Source: Nannocystales bacterium (GTDB taxonomy: Bacteria > Myxococcota_A > Polyangia > Nannocystales > Nannocystaceae). Taken from it: DNA of 14,430 nt. Below are positions 8,235 through 14,430 of this stretch, piece by piece. The position numbers and the translations under genes were made by a program. Within the stretch, counting starts at the first letter, position 1, and each line of letters opens with the position of its first letter. The notes below the pieces were generated by a model. The model saw nothing but the letters and a program-made list of their open reading frames with translations. It was not told the origin of the DNA and ran no database searches. The stretch is from the NCBI GenBank assembly GCA_050633305.1, contig JBOEGF010000017.1, positions 1-14,430 of the forward strand, read 5' to 3'.

Positions 8235-8250
8235 TGCATCTGGTGGCCCA
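8235..8250 (-). promoter_or_regulatory. Putative sigma54 -24/-12 promoter for vgrG
   Basis: Minus strand reads TGGGCCACCAGATGCA, i.e. GG-N10-GC spacing, 33 bp upstream of the vgrG start. A sigma54-activator gene remnant is adjacent. Confidence 0.55.
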
Positions 8251-8267
8251 AGCGCGGCACCATGAGA

Positions 8268-8280
8268 TTTCAACGGCTTG
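8268..8280. promoter_or_regulatory. Putative IHF binding site
   Basis: TTTCAACGGCTTG matches WATCAA-N4-TTR with one mismatch. It lies between the -24/-12 element and the candidate enhancer, as expected at sigma54 promoters. Confidence 0.5.
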
Positions 8281-8283
8281 GCC

Positions 8284-8332
8284 CTGCGAAGTGCCGCAGC
8301 AACGAAGGCGCGTTCTGCCGGCCGAGGAACGC
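8284..8332. promoter_or_regulatory. Candidate enhancer-binding-protein sites (two short inverted repeats)
   Basis: CTGCG-N6-CGCAG (8284-8299) and GCGTTC-N11-GAACGC (8310-8332). Both contain TGCCG. Confidence 0.3.
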
Positions 8333-8336
8333 TTCT

Positions 8337-8666
8337 TCAGGCGAGCTCGAGCCGGACCAGCAGCTCACGAAGGCCGCGGCGTCCGTACCCGGCCAAGTCC
8401 GCGGCCGCGCCCACATCCCCATCGGTCAGCTCCAGCAAATGTCGGCAGTAGCCGCGCTGGAACTGGGCGGTGGCATCGCGCAACGGCAGCAAAGCGGGGG
8501 GCGAAGCCTCCAGCGGAGGCCGGCCCTGCGACCACTCGGATCCGAAGCGGCGGAGGGCTTCGGCGCTGATCTTGTCGCCGTCGACCAAGTAAGCGGTCCG
8601 CCGGATCACGGCCTTCAGCTGGCGAACGTTTCCCGGCCAGTCGAGGGCAAGTAACGCACGCTGGCT
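8337..8666 (-). pseudogene. C-terminal remnant of a sigma54-dependent Fis-family transcriptional activator (AAA+ lid and HTH only)
   Basis: The frame reads QRALLALDWPGNVRQLKAVIRR ... LRDATAQFQRGYCRHLLELTDGDVGAAADLAGYGRRGLRELLVRLEL. Upstream in frame there is no Walker A or GAFTGA, and a stop occurs at 8760-8762. Confidence 0.88.
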
Positions 8667-8676
8667 CGGGGGCAGG

Positions 8677-9066
8677 TTCTCGCTCCGGTCAGAGGACGAG
8701 GCGTCCTCTTTTCTTCGAGCGTTTGACGAGTTGCACTGGATGGCGCTCCATCGCCGTCTTCAACCTGTGCATTGGCGCTGGCTCGAGCCGAACGTGCCTG
8801 ACCTGGGAGATTCGTGGAATTGGGACATCGCGGAACGACTGCGGCGGGCCTTCTGGGCTGGGTGGGCGCGAAACACCTTCGAGGATTCACCAGCGCTGGT
8901 CGTGTCATCCGGGACTTCGGACCGGTTGCTGCGAGAACTCTTGCGCACGGCGAAAGCAGTTCCCAGCGCGAGGACGATTCTCTCCCAACTGCCGGCCCGT
9001 TGGCTCGCGAGCGAGCCGGATCGGTTTAGACGGCGGTGGATCAGGCGTGCTCTGAAGCAACTCTAG
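8677..9066 (+). pseudogene. C-terminal fragment of a larger protein, resembling the tail of GAP1-type proteins of GTPase-centred conflict systems
   Basis: The frame reads FSLRSEDEASSFLRAFDELHWMALHRRLQPVHWRWLEPNVPDLGDSWNWDIAERLRRA. It is protein-like upstream of the TTG chosen by the ORF track and has no convincing start. The WNWD.xERLRRA tail is recalled from that family and is not verified. Confidence 0.45.
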
Positions 9067-9193
9067 GCTCCGGAGCCCGCAACCCCGTAGGAGGGCGACG
9101 GCGGTATCCACGAGAACTCCCGAACCTACACAACTGCGAAGGTGTTTACAACTCGGTTCAGACTCGTGTTCGGGGCCCGAGGTCAGTAGGACT

Positions 9194-11023
9194 TCACGAC
9201 GGCGACTCAGCACCCGCCTCGTCTGCAAAGACCCACTCAACGAAGGACGAGTCGAGACCCCACTTGACCGCGTCTTTCCCAGTGCTGAGGAAGACGCGGC
9301 ACTGCGCCACACCGATAGCAGCGACCCATCTCTTCGCTACCGTCAATACTCTCTCGTAGACCCGCTCGTCCTCCGCTCGAAGTCCCCCTAACATTCGGCC
9401 GAGCGGCATCAATACTGCCGCAGCCCGCTCGGGGTTTGAACGGTTTTCAAGCCCCTTGGCGAGAGCGTCCAGCGCACCGAGCCTCACGAACCCGGATATC
9501 AAGGCTTCGAGTTCATACATTGGACCTCGTCGAGCCACCACTTCAGCAGCGCTTTTCGCTCGAGCGACAAATTCGTCGCTCGAGAACGATGGCGCCGCGT
9601 CCGCGATCGCCAGGAAGATTTTCGCTGCGTCGCGGTCACTCCGGGCCTCCTCAGAGCACAAAGAGGCCACGACGCGAGCTAGCGGCCGCCAGTCTGGTCC
9701 ATACTGAAGTCTGTGTAGCTTGGCCACGTGCAAGGCGATTCCGACAACTAGCTTTTCCACCCCGCGATAGAAGTCCTGGAATGCGGAGTCACTCGGAATC
9801 ATGACGAACTTTGCCAGCTTGCTCGTGTCGCCCAGTCCCTCAACGAGTATCTCGAGTGCTCCCACCCAGTCGTGAACGTTGTAGCCGCTGTGTTGCGAAT
9901 AGATTTCACTCCTGAACCACGAGGGCACGGCCATGACGCCCTTTCCCATCCCAAAGAACGCCGCAGGGTCGCGGCCAATCATTGAACTAAAGCCCAGCCC
10001 AAACTTCGATAGCTTCGCCATGGACTCGGCGTGACCGTGTTGGTCCTGCAAGAGTGCCAAAGCCAGCTCGTCACCCCGGCGGGAACGCCGCGGATTCGAC
10101 TGCACATCCTTGACCGCGGCGACGAAGTCGTCGACGCCCGGACACTCGAGAACCTGCACCCCGAGCTCCTCCAGGCGTGCAAGGTGCTGTGGATACTTCG
10201 CGCGATTTCTTACGAGGATGACCTGGGTTGAAGGGACGGGACGGCCCGCGGCCAACCGGGTCATCTCTGCGCGAACGTCACCAACAATTCGAATCAGGTT
10301 TTCATCGCCCAGTCGGTAGCCCAGGTAGATGACACTACGCTGCATCAACTTGGTCACGAGGAGGCTCTTCAGGTACAGGTCGCCATCCAAGAACTCGTTG
10401 AGGTCGCTGGTCGTGACCACCATATGTCTTGGCTGGCTGAGGCAACCGTGGAACTTGAGAACGGAGGGGTACTTCCGGCTCGGCAGCTCATTTCCGGCCC
10501 TCTTCATGCGGGCCAGGTCCTCCAGCAGGGCGCCGCGCCGCACGATCGTAGGAACCCTCTCTGCGGTCTTGAGTCCCTCCTCGATCGCTGTGTCCCAGTT
10601 CGTGGTCACCCAGTCACAGAACCCCAGGTCCAACAGGCCCTCGAAGAGACCCCAATCCTCGATCTCGATTTTCTGGCGCTGAAAGTAGTTATGGATCGCT
10701 ACTTTGAGTGGGTGCCCATCGTACGGAGGCGCTTTCCCTGCCCTGTCATGCAGCCACTTCCTCCGAAACAGCAGGTCCAGGATCTCCATCTCCGCGAAGG
10801 CGTCGTCCGGCAGGCTTGACTCCCAGAGCGCCCGTTCTTCCCCGCTCTCTCTCCACAGTTCCTGGATTAGGTCTCCCCACCCCGGAGCGCCCGTAAGCGC
10901 ATTCGAGAAGCCAGCGCCAACGAACAGAACCGCGCGGCCTGAGAACAAGTCGGGCACTACCGCCGGCAACTCAGACAACGAGTCAGCGAGCTTGTTCTTG
11001 GGCGAAACGGAACGAACTCCCAC
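9194..11023 (-). CDS. SIR2-family (SIR2_2-like) protein, probable NAD+-depleting defence effector, with a roughly 300-aa helical C-terminal region
   Basis: VLFVGAGFS...P.W..L, WVTTNWD, VLKFHG and IYLGYRLGDENL are the canonical motifs of prokaryotic defence sirtuins. The ORF is intact at 609 aa; the exact start is uncertain (no clear RBS). Confidence 0.92.
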   Translation of the reverse strand: MGVRSVSPKNKLADSLSELPAVVPDLFSGRAVLFVGAGFSNALTGAPGWGDLIQELWRESGEERALWESSLPDDAFAEMEILDLLFRRKWLHDRAGKAPPYDGHPLKVAIHNYFQRQKIEIEDWGLFEGLLDLGFCDWVTTNWDTAIEEGLKTAERVPTIVRRGALLEDLARMKRAGNELPSRKYPSVLKFHGCLSQPRHMVVTTSDLNEFLDGDLYLKSLLVTKLMQRSVIYLGYRLGDENLIRIVGDVRAEMTRLAAGRPVPSTQVILVRNRAKYPQHLARLEELGVQVLECPGVDDFVAAVKDVQSNPRRSRRGDELALALLQDQHGHAESMAKLSKFGLGFSSMIGRDPAAFFGMGKGVMAVPSWFRSEIYSQHSGYNVHDWVGALEILVEGLGDTSKLAKFVMIPSDSAFQDFYRGVEKLVVGIALHVAKLHRLQYGPDWRPLARVVASLCSEEARSDRDAAKIFLAIADAAPSFSSDEFVARAKSAAEVVARRGPMYELEALISGFVRLGALDALAKGLENRSNPERAAAVLMPLGRMLGGLRAEDERVYERVLTVAKRWVAAIGVAQCRVFLSTGKDAVKWGLDSSFVEWVFADEAGAESPS

Positions 11024-11098
11024 GATGCTTGACTACCACGAAAATGAGAGGGTGCCCGCCCCCGCAAACCTGGGCGCCCGAACGCTCCCCGGGGCCCC

Positions 11099-12169
11099 CT
11101 ACGCCCCAGAATCCCACTCTGACTCCTGGAGCCACAAACGGAGCCCTTCATGCGTGCGAATCGCATCGCGAACTCGCCGCTTGCCCACCTTCTCGATGGC
11201 CGACGCCACAACCCCCTCGACCCCTTCTCCTTCCCGGACAGAACATCCAAGAGCAGATTGTAGAAGCTCGGTGAGCGCCGCCGTCGCAAGGGCCGGCCGA
11301 GACGCCCTCGGCACTCCCGCCTCACTCACTCGCGCTGTCGTGGGAAAGTGGCGAATGACCTCGACGTCTGTCCGCTCTGGCGCTTCGTTGAGCGCGCCTG
11401 GGTACCATTCGGGTGACCACGCCAGGATGTGGATTTCACTCGAACCGTACGGCCAACGAGCAACATTCTCGCCGTAGCACTCAAGATAAAGAAGCGTCCG
11501 AGTCGTCGGACAATTCCCAACCTCAAGGCGCGCCGTGCCGGGCGGCAGGACAGCGGTCGAGACATGGGCTAGGTCCCGATCGACTCCGTCGACACGATAT
11601 TCGTCGAAGAGGGTCCGGACCAAGTTAGAAGCCCGTCGTCTTCCGCGGCTCTCCCGCGAGCGGGAGAGAAACGGGCTTGCAACACCCCGCGGCTTCGTGT
11701 TGACAGCAGATCCAGTCGCCGCTGATTCTCAGCGACCTCTCTGTCAGCGATGGGCTCGACGCCGAGGTGGACCGTTTTCTGGTGGATCTGGCCACAACAG
11801 CGCATCCAGTTGATTATTAGCGCCGCGAATGCATCTTCTCGCCCCGGTTTCAGCCGGCCGTCGTACTGCCCAAAGATCTTCCAGAATAAGTCACCGGCGC
11901 CACTCTCAAGCGCATCTTCAATCGCGTCGGCAAGCCCGGCGTCCTGCCGAACCGCGGCCCGCATTTGCCGATAGTAGCGCTGCGCGTGCAGGGTACGACG
12001 AATCATCTAGTGATGGTACCACTTGACGTTCGCACGATTGAGGTCTCGGTCGAAACGTGGCGCGTATTCGCCGATACCGTCAACACGCCGCAGTCGGCGT
12101 ATCCGCAGCCTTCGGACCCGCCGGGGCATCCCGGATCGCGAGAGGGGTCCGGTCGTCCTTGCCCTCCAT
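11099..12169 (-). pseudogene. Disrupted hypothetical gene (about 355 codons; two apparent frameshifts and an in-frame TAG), C-terminal part possibly restriction-endonuclease-like
   Basis: Consecutive protein-like pieces: MEGKDDRTPLAIRD.. (ATG 12169), VDGIGEYAPRFDRD..KWYHH*MIRRTLHAQRYY.. (TAG 12007-12009 in frame), then LVRTLFDEYRVDG..RLEVGNCPTTRTLLYL..VARWPYG (11099-11623). It could alternatively be two small genes. Confidence 0.5.
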
Positions 12170-12236
12170 ATGCCCCCGGTGTGAAAAGAAAAACAAAGCG
12201 GCGAGGTCAGCACATCAAACGGGCCAAGCGGCGGTT

Positions 12237-13130
12237 CTAGACTGGGAGCCCCGGGGCCATCAGCCACTCGGACACACCTCTCACCTCGAAAAACGCGTAT
12301 CCTCTCGATACCAACAACTCGAGCCGTTGGCGCAAGAGCGCGTCTTCGACAAGGTACACGTCGCAGTAGGCAGCCTGGGCAGCGAGGACAGTGTCGTTAA
12401 GGTCGTCCTTCTCGAGCTTCATGAACGGCGCGGCCGGAGTGAATTCGCCTCCCAGCATGGTCCCGAGAATGTTCAGGGTGGCCAGGCCAGCGAACACGTT
12501 GTGAGCCCGGTGCGTTCGCGGCGACCGTTTTGCCCGCGCTGCGAGTTCCTCCCCGCCGAAGCCGTGCACGAGCACCCGCCGCACCTCGTCCGTGTCATCC
12601 CCTACGACGCTACGTGAAACCTCGATGCCCCCAAGGCCCGGACGCATTTTCCTGCGCTTCGCCTTCGCGAGCATAGACCAATGCTCGCGCAGGCTAGCGG
12701 CCGTTACTGCCATCTGAGCGGCCTGGTTCCGCGCCCGCGAACGCCAGGCACCAGCTGCGTGCACCCGAAGAGACTCGAATTTTCCAGGGTCACTCGAATG
12801 CAGGAAGAGTGATGAGATGTCGCCCTCCTTGGCCTCCACAACACCACCGACCGACTCCCCCGCTGCTTCGCGGCGAAGGTAGTATCCCAACCCCATCGAT
12901 TCGCGAAATCGGCCGAATCCAAGGGCGCGCAGGCCCCGAAACCGGGTCAGGACGCGGTCAGCATTGGAGCCGTCGAGCGCCTGCGCAACCGATGCATGCA
13001 GAGTTACCGTTGCCCTATGCCGTCGGAGCGCTTCGTCGAACTCACCTGCCTCGGAGCACACATCGGGCAACGCTGAGAGCGACGAGGTATCCAGCATGAC
13101 TCTGCGTAGCGGTTCGGTTGTAGGTGTCAT
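12237..13130 (-). CDS. PIN-like domain protein (about 297 aa)
   Basis: N-terminal VMLDTS and C-terminal KDDLNDTVLAAQAAYCDVYLVEDALL match the PIN acidic-residue pattern, with a long helical insert between them. Probable start ATG 13130. Confidence 0.65.
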   Translation of the reverse strand: MTPTTEPLRRVMLDTSSLSALPDVCSEAGEFDEALRRHRATVTLHASVAQALDGSNADRVLTRFRGLRALGFGRFRESMGLGYYLRREAAGESVGGVVEAKEGDISSLFLHSSDPGKFESLRVHAAGAWRSRARNQAAQMAVTAASLREHWSMLAKAKRRKMRPGLGGIEVSRSVVGDDTDEVRRVLVHGFGGEELAARAKRSPRTHRAHNVFAGLATLNILGTMLGGEFTPAAPFMKLEKDDLNDTVLAAQAAYCDVYLVEDALLRQRLELLVSRGYAFFEVRGVSEWLMAPGLPV

Positions 13131-13365
13131 AGTCTCATCGGGGCGCCTATCGCACCGCCCCAGCATTCGCAGGAACGCTCAGCACGCGGAATCAGGTCAC
13201 CTGGCGTAGCCATTCGAAACAACCAGGAAACATACAATCGGCGCCCATGCGCAGTCTACAGCCGAAGGGCCCCGTACTGACCGTCCGCGGCTCGCCCGTC
13301 GAACGGAGTATCACGTCCTTGACGTCCTCAATGGCCCGAATAGTCCGGCCGGGGAGGGGGCGGCC

Positions 13366-13809
13366 TCAAGAACCCGGGCTCTGTGGGCCGGCCAAATGAC
13401 TCAAACGGCACACAACGAGGATCTCTCGCCGCAGCCACGACGCGGGCGTCCAGCGCGCGGCGTCGAGAGTGCGCACATCCTCTGCAGCCACAAGGTCGTC
13501 CCGGTCAAAGCCTGCACCCAGCAGCACTGAGAAGTCGACACTCTTCGCGAGCGCCGAGTGAACGCGAAGACCAGCTTCGAGGCTCGGTAGGCCGTCGGGT
13601 CCGAACTCCAGGACCCTGTAGTCCTCCTGCAGAATGCGGACCGGCAACCGGCACTCAAGCTCAACGTAGATCGACGCGAACTGCACACGCTTGTTCGCAA
13701 ACTCTGCGACGGCCTGACTTCTGCCCAAAAGCGCGTGGCATAGAGTCTTCGTTATCGATCGCGCCCGCCCTTGCTCGTCAATATACGCGTACCGTGGCGA
13801 AAACCCCAT
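13366..13809 (-). CDS. Hypothetical protein (147 aa)
   Basis: 3' part of track ORF 13366..14409 from ATG 13809 (MGFSPRYAYIDEQG..KRVQFASIYVELECRLPVRILQEDYRVLEFGPDG) has globular composition. The 5' part of that ORF is antisense shadow of the nuclease gene. Confidence 0.7.
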   Translation of the reverse strand: MGFSPRYAYIDEQGRARSITKTLCHALLGRSQAVAEFANKRVQFASIYVELECRLPVRILQEDYRVLEFGPDGLPSLEAGLRVHSALAKSVDFSVLLGAGFDRDDLVAAEDVRTLDAARWTPASWLRREILVVCRLSHLAGPQSPGS

Positions 13810-13884
13810 CTCCGCAACATCCCGCGTCCGCACTGCGTCTGTCAAAACAAGCCGACGGGCCTCCGTCGCGTAGACAGAGAGTGC

Positions 13885-14349
13885 ATGGCCAAGACCGTCA
13901 TCGGCAAGAACCGCCGCGTCGATGTGCTGGCTCTGCGCCCCACCGACCAGGTCGCTCTCGGCATCGAATGCAAGCTCCAGGATAGCCGAGGCACCACCGA
14001 CGAGAAGATCGACTACGCCCTGCGCGACCTCGAAGCCATGTGGATCCCAGGCGTTCTCGTCTACACAGGCGACGGATGGTCCCCGGGCGTCATGCACACC
14101 CTGCAGGGCTCCAAACTCGCCGCCGACTGCCGCCCCGACAAGTCCCTCCAGCGCACCCGCCACCCCCTCGAGCTCGACTACGTCCTCGCCTCCGTCTTCG
14201 GCTTCTGGGACCTCGTCCTCGACCCCAAGCGTAGATTCCACCGCGTCCAAACCAGCCAGCTCGAGCTCCCCCCAGCGCCGACCGCTCGCGTCAAATCGAA
14301 GCCCGCAAAGAAGCGCTCCCGGAAGAAGACGGCCTCCGCCGAGGAATAG
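13885..14349 (+). CDS. PD-(D/E)XK nuclease superfamily protein, probably lacking its N-terminal helix
   Basis: KTVIGKNRRVDVL...ALGIECKLQDSRGTTDEKIDYAL gives D...ExK-x-Q plus GTxDEK. Strong C/G third-position bias starts near 13885. Lys-rich tail. Confidence 0.8.
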   Translation: MAKTVIGKNRRVDVLALRPTDQVALGIECKLQDSRGTTDEKIDYALRDLEAMWIPGVLVYTGDGWSPGVMHTLQGSKLAADCRPDKSLQRTRHPLELDYVLASVFGFWDLVLDPKRRFHRVQTSQLELPPAPTARVKSKPAKKRSRKKTASAEE

Positions 14350-14430
14350 AACCTCCGCCCTTCCCCACCGAAGCCCACCCCCGCGAAGCCGCGCCAGCGG
14401 AGGGCCCACGCCGACTCCGAGGACCCGAGC

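Noticed and set aside
3573..8265. Long plus-strand ORFs (3573..5213, 4661..5824, 6064..8265)
   Set aside because: Antisense shadows of high-GC minus-strand genes, with no recognisable motifs.
9067..9193. Terminator or structured RNA between the convergent genes (GCTCCGGAGC; CCCGAAC/GTTCGGG)
   Set aside because: No U-tract and only short stems, so support is insufficient.
9194..11023. Assignment to Thoeris, DSR2, SIR2-HerA or SIR2-pAgo
   Set aside because: The required partner genes or domains are not visible, and the protein is much shorter than DSR2-type proteins.
13200..13365. Sigma70-like promoter candidates and an ACGTCCT tandem repeat upstream of the PIN-like gene
   Set aside because: Matches are weak or have non-canonical spacing and cannot be distinguished from chance.
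13810..14409. 5' 200 codons of minus-strand ORF 13366..14409
   Set aside because: Antisense shadow of the plus-strand nuclease gene.

Overview
High-GC bacterial DNA, probably Myxococcota by gene repertoire (inference), containing two conflict modules joined at an apparent deletion junction near 8665-8680. Left (minus strand, 86-8666) is an auxiliary type VI secretion cluster. It starts with a 5'-truncated sigma54 activator and a candidate enhancer/IHF/-24-12 promoter. A translationally coupled five-gene operon follows: vgrG, a 405-aa PAAR protein with an N-terminal TM helix and an unrecognised C-terminal extension, a tandem PsbP/DcrB-like protein, an orphan IS481-like HTH protein, and a 96-aa CxxC protein. 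After it come a broken lipoprotein, a DUF2169 adaptor and a C-terminally truncated PRK06147-type thiolase-fold gene that breaks at a 20-bp direct repeat. Right (8677-14349) is a lower-GC defence-like island: the C-terminal remnant of a possible GTPase-system GAP1-type protein, an intact 609-aa SIR2-family protein with an unrecognised helical C-terminus, a disrupted gene of about 355 codons, a PIN-like protein, a 147-aa hypothetical and an N-terminally short PD-(D/E)XK nuclease. The best novelty candidates are the vgrG-PAAR operon and the co-oriented PIN / unknown / SIR2 set. All family calls come from motif recognition by eye; no searches were run.
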